The position numbers were made by a program, and so were the translations under genes. Shown one piece after another: positions 9,116 to 17,341 of a DNA stretch of 32,000 nucleotides. This DNA comes from Gallionellaceae bacterium. GTDB lineage: Bacteria > Pseudomonadota > Gammaproteobacteria > Burkholderiales > Gallionellaceae. Location: assembly GCA_009773615.1 (NCBI GenBank), contig WSYA01000013.1, forward strand, positions 1 through 32,000, given 5' to 3'. A model generated the notes under the pieces. The model worked only from the letters and a program-made list of their open reading frames with translations, did no database searches and had not been told where the DNA came from. Every line of letters starts with the position of its first letter. The stretch's first letter is position 1.

Positions 9116-9289
9116 ATGAATTTGAATAACCTCCTTAGTTGGCGATGGTGCTGATACGCAGGTCGGGTTTCAATCCGACATGAGAGATGTCGGGTTGCAC
9201 CCGCAAGGGGCAGGCCGTGGTTGTACAGGACTTAAGCCCTAACAACACACGCTCAAACCCGGCCTACAAAACACCAAGGAGGTTTTTTT
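9116..9289 (+). promoter_or_regulatory. Candidate trp leader region
   Basis: A 12-codon ORF, ATG AAT TTG AAT AAC CTC CTT AGT TGG CGA TGG TGC TGA (9116..9154), contains two Trp codons. Mutually exclusive short hairpins follow: gtcgg 9162-66 with ccgac 9175-79, ccgaca 9175-80 with tgtcgg 9188-93, and cgggt 9191-95 with acccg 9199-203. 'aacctcctt' (9128..9136) is the exact reverse complement of the trpE SD 'aaggaggtt' (9276..9284), which is followed by T7. Confidence 0.4.
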
Positions 9290-10777
9290 ATGTTGTCCCC
9301 CATCACCGAACAAGAATTTCAATCGCTGGCCAAGCAAGGCTATAACCGTATTCCGCTGGTCACGGAGACGTTCGCCGATCTCGATACACCGTTGTCGCTG
9401 TACCTCAAGCTTGCCAATAAACCGTTTTCCTATCTGCTGGAATCGGTGCAGGGCGGTGAGCGTTTCGGGCGCTATTCTTTCATTGGCCTGCCTGCTGACA
9501 CGCGCATCACGGTACGTGGCAGACAAGTCACGCTGACCACGCCCGCCGGTGAAGCCAGCGAGGAAGTCGCCAATCCGCTGGACTACATCGAGAGCTATCA
9601 GGCGCAATTCAACGTAGCGCCGCTGTCAGGCCTGCCGCGCTTCACCGGCGGGTTGGCGGGCTATTTCGGTTACGACACCGTGCGCTATATCGAGCCTCGT
9701 CTTGCAAAGACGCAAAAGAAAGACGTGATCGGCACGCCCGATATATTGCTCATGCTCACCGAGCAGCTCGCGGTGGTCGACAACCTTTCTGGCAAACTCA
9801 CCTTCATTGTGTATGCCGATCCCGCACAGGGCGACGCTTACAAACAGGCACGCCAGCGTCTCGATAGTTTGTTGCGCGCCTTGCGCCAGCCGGTCAAAAT
9901 CCCCGAAGCGCCGCAGTTGCGCGGCTTTGAAGCTAAATCAGAATTCGGCGAAGACGCGTTTAAACACGCGGTGGAAGCCGCCAAACAATACATTTTCGAC
10001 GGCGACATCATGCAGGTGGTGTTGGCGCAGCGCATGGTGCAACCGTTTGCGGCTTCTCCGTTGTCGCTGTATCGCGCACTGCGCAGCATCAACCCCTCGC
10101 CCTATATGTTTTATTACGACATGGGCGACCACCACGTCGTCGGTTCCTCGCCGGAAATATTGGCGCGGCTGGAAGGCGACACCGTTACTGTGCGACCCAT
10201 TGCCGGGACGCGTCCGCGCGGCAAGTCAGCGCAGCAGGATGCCGAGCTTGCGCAGGAATTGCTGGCCGATCCGAAAGAGCTGGCCGAACATCTGATGCTG
10301 ATCGACCTCGGGCGCAATGACATCGGCCGCGTCGCGCAAAACGGCACAGTGAAACTCACCGACAAAATGGTGATCGAACGCTACTCGCATGTGATGCACA
10401 TCGTCTCCAACGTCGAGGCGAAGTTGAAAGAAGGACTCAGTGCGATGGATGTGCTCAAGGCCACTTTCCCGGCGGGCACGGTGAGCGGCGCGGCCAAAGT
10501 GCGCGCGATGGAAATCATCGACGAACTGGAGCCCAGCAAGCGCGGCATCTACGCGGGTGCGGTGGGTTACCTCGCCTTCAACGGCGACATGGATGTTGCT
10601 ATCGCATTACGTACCGCTGTGGTGAAAAACGACACGCTGTACGTGCAGGCGGGCGCGGGCATCGTCGCCGACTCCGTGCCGGACAGCGAATGGATGGAAA
10701 CGCAGAATAAGGCGCGCGCGGTGCTGCGCGCTTCAGAGATGGTGCTCGACGGGTTGGATGCGAAGGTGCATCGATGA
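9290..10777 (+). CDS. trpE: Anthranilate synthase component I
   Basis: 495 aa. 'GYNRIPLV', 'LSLYLKL', 'LLESV', 'IAGTRPRG', 'GAVGYL' and 'GAGIVADS' are typical TrpE motifs. Confidence 0.95.
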   Translation: MLSPITEQEFQSLAKQGYNRIPLVTETFADLDTPLSLYLKLANKPFSYLLESVQGGERFGRYSFIGLPADTRITVRGRQVTLTTPAGEASEEVANPLDYIESYQAQFNVAPLSGLPRFTGGLAGYFGYDTVRYIEPRLAKTQKKDVIGTPDILLMLTEQLAVVDNLSGKLTFIVYADPAQGDAYKQARQRLDSLLRALRQPVKIPEAPQLRGFEAKSEFGEDAFKHAVEAAKQYIFDGDIMQVVLAQRMVQPFAASPLSLYRALRSINPSPYMFYYDMGDHHVVGSSPEILARLEGDTVTVRPIAGTRPRGKSAQQDAELAQELLADPKELAEHLMLIDLGRNDIGRVAQNGTVKLTDKMVIERYSHVMHIVSNVEAKLKEGLSAMDVLKATFPAGTVSGAAKVRAMEIIDELEPSKRGIYAGAVGYLAFNGDMDVAIALRTAVVKNDTLYVQAGAGIVADSVPDSEWMETQNKARAVLRASEMVLDGLDAKVHR

Positions 10778-11178
10778 ACCAAACCACTCACCACAGAGAC
10801 ACAGAGACACAGAGAGACCCTTTGACTGATGCCGTAATCGGCGCTGCAATTGAGGTTCATCGTGCGCTTGGTGCCGGGTTGTTGGAATCAGCTTACGAAG
10901 AATGTTTGTGTTATGAACTGGGATGCCAGAATCTGAGTTTTATTCGACAGGTCTCTCTTCCCGTTCGCTATAAGGCCATTACGCTCGACAGTGCATATCG
11001 CATGGACATCGTAGTAGAAAACCAACTTGTGCTTGAATTAAAGTCTGTGGATAAATTACTGCCTATTCACGAAGCTCAGTTATTAACCTACCTCAGACTT
11101 GGCAGTTTCAAAACGGGGTTGTTATTGAATTTCAATTCCTCCGTTCTCAAAGACGGTCTGAAAAGGATGAAGCTATGA
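10774..11178 (+). CDS. GxxExxY family protein (PD-(D/E)XK nuclease superfamily)
   Basis: 134 aa. The signature 'GLLESAY' (GxxExxY) is present, and 'MDIVV...LELKS' gives a D...ExK pattern. The ATG overlaps the trpE stop (ATGA). The N-terminus '[10 protein letters not shown]' is encoded by the left inverted repeat. Sampled 60-nt lines are markedly AT-richer (about 38-45% GC) than a neighbouring trpE line (about 65%). Confidence 0.85.
   Translation: MNQTTHHRDTETQRDPLTDAVIGAAIEVHRALGAGLLESAYEECLCYELGCQNLSFIRQVSLPVRYKAITLDSAYRMDIVVENQLVLELKSVDKLLPIHEAQLLTYLRLGSFKTGLLLNFNSSVLKDGLKRMKL
10789..10815 (+). repeat. Left 27-bp inverted repeat CACCACAGAGACACAGAGACACAGAGA (three CACAGAGA octamers at 10792..10815)
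   Basis: Read directly from the sequence. It is the exact reverse complement of 11188..11214. Confidence 0.97.
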
Positions 11179-11187
11179 CTCCGTTTT

Positions 11188-11214
11188 TCTCTGTGTCTCT
11201 GTGTCTCTGTGGTG
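11188..11214 (+). repeat. Right 27-bp inverted repeat TCTCTGTGTCTCTGTGTCTCTGTGGTG
   Basis: Read directly from the sequence. It lies 9 nt (11179..11187) after the GxxExxY stop and 10 nt before the trpG ATG. It is identical to 19281..19307. Confidence 0.97.
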
Positions 11215-11224
11215 GAGGTTTTTC

Positions 11225-11794
11225 ATGCTGTTGATGATCGACAATTACGACTCCTTTACCTACAACCTCGTGCAGTATTTCGCCGAACTCGGTGCCGAGG
11301 TGGCGGTGTACCGCAACGATGAAATAACCGTGGAGCAGATCGAGAAACTGAACCCGCAGCACCTCGTGGTTTCGCCCGGCCCGTGTACGCCGAACGAGGC
11401 GGGAATATCCGTCGCCGCGATCAAACATTTCGCCGGAAAGATCCCTTTGCTCGGCGTGTGCCTCGGTCACCAGAGCATCGGCCAGGCCTTCGGCGGCAAG
11501 ATCATCCACGCCAAGACGCTGATGCATGGCAAGACCTCGCTCATCCATCACCACGGCAATAGTTTGTTTACCGGATTACCCGATCCGTTCACCGCGACGC
11601 GTTATCATTCGCTGGTGATCGAGCGCGAGTCGCTGCCGGATTGTCTGGAGATCACCGCATGGACAGACGATGGCGAGATCATGGGCGTGCGCCACAAGAC
11701 ACTGGCAGTGCATGGCGTGCAGTTCCATCCCGAGTCGATCTTGACCGAGCACGGGCATGACATGCTGCGCAACTTTTTGAACGGAGCGAAATGA
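11225..11794 (+). CDS. trpG: Anthranilate synthase component II (glutamine amidotransferase)
   Basis: '[18 protein letters not shown]', catalytic 'GVCLGHQ' and 'GVQFHPES' are present. I take the start at ATG 11225, preceded by GGAGG (11214..11218) that abuts the right repeat. The track start at 11201 lies inside the repeat. Confidence 0.93.
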   Translation: MLLMIDNYDSFTYNLVQYFAELGAEVAVYRNDEITVEQIEKLNPQHLVVSPGPCTPNEAGISVAAIKHFAGKIPLLGVCLGHQSIGQAFGGKIIHAKTLMHGKTSLIHHHGNSLFTGLPDPFTATRYHSLVIERESLPDCLEITAWTDDGEIMGVRHKTLAVHGVQFHPESILTEHGHDMLRNFLNGAK

Positions 11795-12819
11795 TGAATT
11801 ACCCGCAGACGCTGACCCAACTATTGGAACGCCGCGACCTCACGCACACGGACATGCTAGGGCTGATGCAGGGCATCATGAGCGGACAGCTCACAGCCGC
11901 GCAGATCGCTGCCGTGCTGGTGGCGCTGCGCGTGAAGGGCGAGACCGTGATGGAGATCGCCGCCGCCGCGGAGGTGATGCGCGAACTTTCCACCAAAGTA
12001 AACGTGCAGGATGACGTGCATCTGATCGACACTTGCGGCACGGGCGGCGACGGGGTGCAGACTTTCAATATTTCCACCGCCTCTGCCATCGTCGCGGCGG
12101 CGGCGGGTGCCAAGGTCGCCAAGCATGGTGGACGCTCGGTTTCCAGCACCTGCGGCAGTGCGGATATTCTGGAAAAGCTCGGTGTGAATGTGAATCTCAC
12201 GCCGCAACAGGTGGCACATTGCGTCGGCAGCATTGGCGTCGGTTTCATGTTCGCGCCCAATCACCACAGCGCGATGAAATATGCCGCACCGGTGCGCCGC
12301 GAACTCGGCGTGCGCACCTTGTTCAACCTGCTCGGCCCGCTGACCAATCCGGCGGGTGCGCGAAATCAGGTGATGGGCGTGTTTCTGCGCGACCTCACCG
12401 GCAAACTCGCTCATGTGCTGCAACAACTCGGCAGCCGTCACGTGCTGGTGGTACATGGCTCCGACGGCATGGATGAGATATCCATCAGCGCGCCGACATT
12501 TATCGCCGAACTGAAAGACGGCAAGGTCAGCGAATACACCGTAACGCCCGAAGAGTTCGGCCTGAAGGCCGCGCCGCTGAACGATATCCGCGTTGCCAAT
12601 GCCGATGAAGCGAAGGCGATGCTGATGAGCGTGATGGATAATCAAGCCGGAGCCGCGCGCGATATCGTGCTGCTCAATGCGGGTGCGGCGATCTATGTGG
12701 CAGGATTGGCCGATACGCTGGCGCACGGCGTAAGGAAAGCCGCAGAGATTATCGCTAGCGGTGCCGCAAAAAATAAACTGACGCAACTGATACAGATTAG
12801 TAACACTCCCGACGTTTAA
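11791..12819 (+). CDS. trpD: Anthranilate phosphoribosyltransferase
   Basis: 342 aa. 'DTCGTGGDG', 'KHGGRSVSS' and '[10 protein letters not shown]' are present. There is an ATGA overlap with trpG. Confidence 0.95.
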   Translation: MMNYPQTLTQLLERRDLTHTDMLGLMQGIMSGQLTAAQIAAVLVALRVKGETVMEIAAAAEVMRELSTKVNVQDDVHLIDTCGTGGDGVQTFNISTASAIVAAAAGAKVAKHGGRSVSSTCGSADILEKLGVNVNLTPQQVAHCVGSIGVGFMFAPNHHSAMKYAAPVRRELGVRTLFNLLGPLTNPAGARNQVMGVFLRDLTGKLAHVLQQLGSRHVLVVHGSDGMDEISISAPTFIAELKDGKVSEYTVTPEEFGLKAAPLNDIRVANADEAKAMLMSVMDNQAGAARDIVLLNAGAAIYVAGLADTLAHGVRKAAEIIASGAAKNKLTQLIQISNTPDV

Positions 12820-12880
12820 TCGGGAACTTGCCCGCATAACCCATTAGAATAGCAACGTTCATCAAACTGGAGTTCACTTT

Positions 12881-14197
12881 ATGATTGCCCCTATTCCGCT
12901 AAGAAATCTTCCGCAGAGCAATATTTTCCGCAAAGGCGATGTCTTTGTTCTGTTCGGCGAATTGTTCGGGCGAGGTTATGCCAACGGTTTGATCAACGAA
13001 GCGCGTAAGGCGGGCATGACCATCATCGGCGTGACTGTCGGCCGTCGCGATGAGAACAACGCTTTGCGTGCGTTGACTGAAGATGAGTTGGCCATCGCCG
13101 AAGTCAATCTGGGCGGACGCATCATCAACGTGCCGCTGATGGCGGGGTTCGATCTCGATGCGCCCGCAGGCGAGCCGACTCCGACCGACCTGCTGGCTAA
13201 CATGACGCTCAAGAGCTGGCAGCAAGACAAGCTCGATTGGCCGCATATCGAAAAGTGCCGCACAGTCGGCGTAAAGCGCTTCAAAGATTCCGTGGCTCAA
13301 GTGATGGCGACGCTGGACGGCATGATCCCGGACGGCAGCAATGCTTTTTTCGCGCACACCATGGCGGGCGGCATCCCCAAGGTGAAGGTGTTTCTGGCCA
13401 TTGCGAACCGCGTCTACAAAGGCTGCGGCGAGCGCTTCCTATCTACGCGCGCGCTGCTCGACAGCGATCTTGGCAAACTCATTCTGATGAATTTCGACGA
13501 AGTCACCGCGAACACATTCCAACACCTTATCGAAGGCAGTGCAGCAATCCGCACACGTCTGGAGAAAACGGGCGGGCAGGTGCGCTATACGGCTTACGGC
13601 TATCACGGCACCGAGATACTCATTGACGAGCAGTACCAATGGCAGACCTACACCAGTTATACCCAGGGCAAAGCCAAGATGCGTCTCGAACATATAGCCG
13701 AAGCCGCTTGGGCAGACGGCATCAAGGCGACGGTTTACAACTGCCCCGAGATCCGCACCAACTCTTCCGACATCTTCGTCGGCGTGGAGCTTTCTCTGTT
13801 CCCGTTGCTGAACGCGCTGAAGAAAGAAAACGGCGGCGCTTGGGCAGAGGCGCAGTGGCAGGCTTGCCGCGAGCTATTTCAGGAAGGGCATTCGCTGGAA
13901 CAGCTGTTGAAAAAGATCGCCGACTACAATGCCAGCGACGTGATGAAAATGTTTCGAGATTTTGCGGCTTGGCCGATGGACAATTCTGCCGTGCTGGCCG
14001 ATCTAATGATCGGTACGTCCGATGAGATCACGCAGATGCATAAAGACCGGAAAGTGCTGGTGACTGATATTTTGAGCGCTTTGGTGCTGGAGGGAACCGG
14101 GCCATTGATGTTCCACGAAACATCCGCTCCGTCTGCTCCTGTGCTCTGGCTGAATCACGACATCATCGCCAAGCAACTCAATTTGATGCACGGCTGA
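12881..14197 (+). CDS. Conserved hypothetical protein with distant FabV / trans-2-enoyl-CoA reductase-like features
   Basis: 438 aa, with GGAG 7 nt upstream of the ATG. By eye it parallels FabV segments as I remember them. 'VFVLFGELFGRGYANGL..IIGV' resembles 'VLVIGASTGYGLA..TLGV'. 'TAYGYHGTE...Y-x8-K (YTSYTQGKAK)' resembles 'TAFTYLGEK...YWNGSIGAAK'. 'TNSSDIFVGVELSLFPLLNALKKENG' resembles '[25 protein letters not shown]'. The Gly-rich dinucleotide loop is not conserved. Confidence 0.4.
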   Translation: MIAPIPLRNLPQSNIFRKGDVFVLFGELFGRGYANGLINEARKAGMTIIGVTVGRRDENNALRALTEDELAIAEVNLGGRIINVPLMAGFDLDAPAGEPTPTDLLANMTLKSWQQDKLDWPHIEKCRTVGVKRFKDSVAQVMATLDGMIPDGSNAFFAHTMAGGIPKVKVFLAIANRVYKGCGERFLSTRALLDSDLGKLILMNFDEVTANTFQHLIEGSAAIRTRLEKTGGQVRYTAYGYHGTEILIDEQYQWQTYTSYTQGKAKMRLEHIAEAAWADGIKATVYNCPEIRTNSSDIFVGVELSLFPLLNALKKENGGAWAEAQWQACRELFQEGHSLEQLLKKIADYNASDVMKMFRDFAAWPMDNSAVLADLMIGTSDEITQMHKDRKVLVTDILSALVLEGTGPLMFHETSAPSAPVLWLNHDIIAKQLNLMHG

Positions 14198-14236
14198 GAC
14201 AGGCCCGGCCAGATGTGCAGAGCATGGAAGCTAAAT

Positions 14237-15109
14237 TCACAGATCAGATTTTTTGATTGTGGCCAACGCTTCCGCTACGGTCGGGTAACGCAGCTTCACT
14301 TTCAACTCCTGCTTCATTCTCGCGTTGTCCAGTCGCCGCGATTCATTCATGAACGACCATAACACCGGCGATACGGTACGCTCTGTTTCATCGCGCGGCA
14401 GGCGCGGCGGTCGGGGCAAGTAGCAGGCATCTGCCACCGCGTCGAAGTAGTCGCCCATTTTCAATTCGCTGTCATCACTGGCGTGGTACACGCGGTTCGG
14501 TTTGCCGCGATGCAATGCCGCCACGACGATGTTTGCTAGATCGTCGGCGTGGATGTGGTTGGTGTGGCTGTCTTGTTCCGCAACGATAGCGGGTGAGCCA
14601 GTTTGCAACCGTTCCAGCGGCAAACGCTCTGCGGCATAGATGCCGGGCACACGCAGAATGTTGGCACGGACGCGATTGCGTCTTGCCCAGTCGCGGATGC
14701 AGTGCTCGGCATCGGCACGCCGCATCGCGCGTGCCGATTGCGGGTTGAGCGGACGCGATTCGTCCACCTGCGCCCCGCCGCAATCGCCATACACGCCGCT
14801 GGTGCTGATGTAGACAAGCCGTTCGGGCAAAGTGCCGCGCGACAGTGCAGCCAGCAGGAGGCGGGTGCGGCTATCGCTTGTCCCCGTATTCGGCGGGGGG
14901 GCGAAATGCAAAATCATGTGCGCCAGTCCCGCGATACGGGCAAGATGCCGATGATCCAGATCGCCCGCTATTGGAATGATGCCCGCCGCGCGCAGCGTCG
15001 TAGAGTATTGTGCATTGCGCACTAATCCGAACAGGCGGTAACGCGTACACAGTATGGGTGCAATGCGCAGGGCGATGTCCCCGCAACCGACAATGAGAAT
15101 GCTTTTCAT
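14237..15109 (-). CDS. NAD(P)-dependent epimerase/dehydratase-type SDR family oxidoreductase
   Basis: I take the start at ATG 15109 ('MKSILIVGCGDIALRI', Rossmann GxGxxA). 'VYISTSGVYGD' is typical of extended SDRs. The 46-aa N-terminal extension in the track ORF looks spurious. Confidence 0.75.
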   Translation of the reverse strand: MKSILIVGCGDIALRIAPILCTRYRLFGLVRNAQYSTTLRAAGIIPIAGDLDHRHLARIAGLAHMILHFAPPPNTGTSDSRTRLLLAALSRGTLPERLVYISTSGVYGDCGGAQVDESRPLNPQSARAMRRADAEHCIRDWARRNRVRANILRVPGIYAAERLPLERLQTGSPAIVAEQDSHTNHIHADDLANIVVAALHRGKPNRVYHASDDSELKMGDYFDAVADACYLPRPPRLPRDETERTVSPVLWSFMNESRRLDNARMKQELKVKLRYPTVAEALATIKKSDL

Positions 15110-15160
15110 CTGCCGATTATGCGTTAAAATCGCGCCCCTCGTGAATCCAGCAGAATTAAC

Positions 15161-16162
15161 ATGACTTTTAAAGCCAGCATCCATCCCAGCAATCACTGTT
15201 TTGAAATCAAGCCTGAAGAGACCATCCTCGAAGCCGCACTGGAGCACGGCTATACCCTGCCTTATAGCTGCCGCAACGGCGCTTGCGGGGTGTGCAAAGG
15301 CAAGGTTTTACAAGGCTCGGTGGATTATGGGAACCATCAGGCCTATGCCTTGAGCGATGCCGAGAAGGCGGACGGGCTGGCTTTGTTCTGTTGTGCGAAA
15401 CCGAAGTCCGATGTTGTCATCGAGAGCCACGAAGTCACCACAGGGAGCGATATTCAGGTGAAGACGCTGCCGTGCCGTGTGCAAAAGGTGGAAAAGGTCG
15501 CCGACGATGTGATGGTGCTGTATTTGAAATTGCCAGCAAATGAGCGTCTGCAATTTTTGGCGGGACAGTATATCGATATTCTGCAAAAAGACGGCAAGCC
15601 GCGCAGTTTTTCATTGGCCAATGCGCCGCATGACGACGAATTTCTGCAATTGCATATCCGCAATATTGCGGGCGGTGCGTTTACCCAGCATGTGTTCAAC
15701 GAAATGAAAGAGCGCGACATCATGCGCATCAAGGGGCCACTAGGGACTTTCTTTTTGCGCGAAGATTCGGACAAGCCCATCATTTTCATTGCCAGTGGCA
15801 CCGGCTTTGCGCCGACCAAGGCCATCATCGAACACGCTATGCACATCGGCATTAAGCGATCCATGCATTTGTACTGGGGCGTGCGCAAGCAGGCCGACCT
15901 GTATATGCTGAAAAAGGCGCAGAAGTGGGAGCAGCACGGCATCAAGTTTACGCCTGTTGTTTCGGATGAAGCTTGGCCCGGGCGCACGGGATTCGTGCAT
16001 CAGGCGGTAGTAGAGGACTATCCCGATCTGTCCGGACATCAGGTCTATGCCTGCGGCGCGCCGGTGGTGATCGAGGCGGCGCATCGCGAACTCACCGAAA
16101 AATGCAGCTTGCCTAATGAGGAATTTTTCTCGGACGCTTTTACGTTTGTACCGAAGAGCTAA
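15161..16162 (+). CDS. 2Fe-2S ferredoxin / FAD / NAD(P)-binding oxidoreductase (CDP-6-deoxy-delta-3,4-glucoseen reductase-like, Fre/AscD family)
   Basis: 333 aa. The plant-type 2Fe-2S motif 'CRNGACGVCKGK...FCC', the FAD motif 'RSFSLAN' and the NAD(P) motif 'ASGTGFAP' are present. Confidence 0.82.
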   Translation: MTFKASIHPSNHCFEIKPEETILEAALEHGYTLPYSCRNGACGVCKGKVLQGSVDYGNHQAYALSDAEKADGLALFCCAKPKSDVVIESHEVTTGSDIQVKTLPCRVQKVEKVADDVMVLYLKLPANERLQFLAGQYIDILQKDGKPRSFSLANAPHDDEFLQLHIRNIAGGAFTQHVFNEMKERDIMRIKGPLGTFFLREDSDKPIIFIASGTGFAPTKAIIEHAMHIGIKRSMHLYWGVRKQADLYMLKKAQKWEQHGIKFTPVVSDEAWPGRTGFVHQAVVEDYPDLSGHQVYACGAPVVIEAAHRELTEKCSLPNEEFFSDAFTFVPKS

Positions 16163-17341
16163 TTATTTGCTGTCTTCAAGTTCCATCGCAAGATGGTAGT
16201 AATTGAAAGCGTTTTCCTTCTTCTCCAACTTCTCGGCCAGCTGCCCCAGCGAGGTATACGCCTCGCGGCTGGGGCGCAGGCTGATGCTGGCGTCCAGATA
16301 GTTTTGCGCTTTGCCCCACAGGCCCTGATGCAGGCATAGCTTACCCAGTGCCAGCAACAAGCCTGCATCGTCGGCGTGTATCTTCAGCCAGCGCTCGGCC
16401 TGATCGATCTGCGCCACGACATCATCGCTATGGCAGTCGCCGTACAGGGTGACGAGATCGCTATCCCATTGCGCATTCAGGCTCTCTACCAGTAATTTGC
16501 CTGCACTGACGGCATCATGCAATTTCAAGAACGCGTGTGCGGCGGCGGCGGCGATCTTGGAACGGCGTTTGAATTCGCCTGGGATGGCTTTCCATAAGCT
16601 GCGCAGGGAAGCAATATCGTACGTTTGCATGCGTAGCTTTTCCAGCCAGGCTTGCTGGCGCATCTGTATCGACAGGGTCGCGTCGATGGCATGGCGTTTT
16701 TCCAATTGTGTCGCGAGGTCGAGCACGGCATCCCAATTGCGCGCCTGCTGTTGCGCTTTGAGTTCCAGAGTCAATGCGCCGACGTGTTTACTCGCACCGG
16801 ATTCGCTCAGTTCTTTTAATGAGCTTAATGCCGACTGGGGTTGCTTTTGGTCGAGCTGGAATTCGGTCTTGGCCATCAGGCGCATGGTCGCTTCACCGAT
16901 GGTCTTGTTTTCGGCATCGGCGAGATAGGCATCGCGTTTGTCGAACTCGCGCAACTCATGGGCTGCACGTGCCGCGACGATGGGATTTAAACCAGATTTC
17001 TCGCCCATATCCATGGAATGCACGGCGGCTTTTTCTGCGGCCGCGTAGCGCCCCTCAAAAAAAGCGGTCAGCGCTTCCATCATGGCTGCGCGACCTTTGC
17101 TTTGCGCCCGCTCTTCGCGGAAAGCGCGTACATAAGCGGGCAGACGCAACGCCGCAAGCAGCAGGCGCACGACCATATAGCCCAGCACGAACAGCCCCAG
17201 CAAAGACAGCACGAACAGGGTGAGCGATAGCTCGACGCGATAGGGCGGGTAAACCAGTTGCACATAGCCGGGATTGTGCGCGGCGAGCGTCAGTGCCACA
17301 GCGGCGGCGAACAGTGCCAGCAGCCAGACGAGGGCTTTCAT
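16163..17341 (-). CDS. hemY: HemY-type heme biosynthesis-associated TPR membrane protein
   Basis: 392 aa. It has two N-terminal transmembrane helices and C-terminal TPR-like repeats. It is the last gene of a hemC-D-X-Y array, with an ATGA overlap with hemX. Confidence 0.82.
   Translation of the reverse strand: MKALVWLLALFAAAVALTLAAHNPGYVQLVYPPYRVELSLTLFVLSLLGLFVLGYMVVRLLLAALRLPAYVRAFREERAQSKGRAAMMEALTAFFEGRYAAAEKAAVHSMDMGEKSGLNPIVAARAAHELREFDKRDAYLADAENKTIGEATMRLMAKTEFQLDQKQPQSALSSLKELSESGASKHVGALTLELKAQQQARNWDAVLDLATQLEKRHAIDATLSIQMRQQAWLEKLRMQTYDIASLRSLWKAIPGEFKRRSKIAAAAAHAFLKLHDAVSAGKLLVESLNAQWDSDLVTLYGDCHSDDVVAQIDQAERWLKIHADDAGLLLALGKLCLHQGLWGKAQNYLDASISLRPSREAYTSLGQLAEKLEKKENAFNYYHLAMELEDSK

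Larger units (their letters stand above)
10789..11214 (+). mobile_element. Inverted-repeat-bounded GxxExxY cassette inserted in the trpE-trpG junction (putative MITE-like/selfish cassette)
   Basis: It is bounded by perfect 27-bp inverted repeats. GC content is atypical. The same repeat pair occurs without cargo at 19232..19307. No transposase is present. Confidence 0.4.

Noticed and set aside
9160-9270. A REP/BIME-like extragenic palindrome between gph and trpE (GTCGGGTT repeats and a '...CCCGGCCTAC' tail reminiscent of enterobacterial REP ends).
   Set aside because: I cannot exclude it, but there is only one locus in the window. The region sits with a Trp-rich mini-ORF and an exact anti-SD, so a trp leader explains it better. 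A genome-wide count of GTCGGGTT-containing palindromes would decide.
10789-11214. Could the CACAGAGA repeat blocks (also at 19232..19307) be a CRISPR array?
   Set aside because: The repeats are 8-nt units in blocks of three, arranged as inverted rather than direct repeats. There are only two loci 8 kb apart, no regular repeat-spacer periodicity and no cas genes. This is not a CRISPR.
12881-14197. Could the ORF after trpD be a divergent trpC (indole-3-glycerol-phosphate synthase)?
   Set aside because: At 438 aa it is far too long for TrpC (about 260 aa), and none of the TrpC TIM-barrel motifs I know are present. The resemblance is to the FabV/TER family instead.
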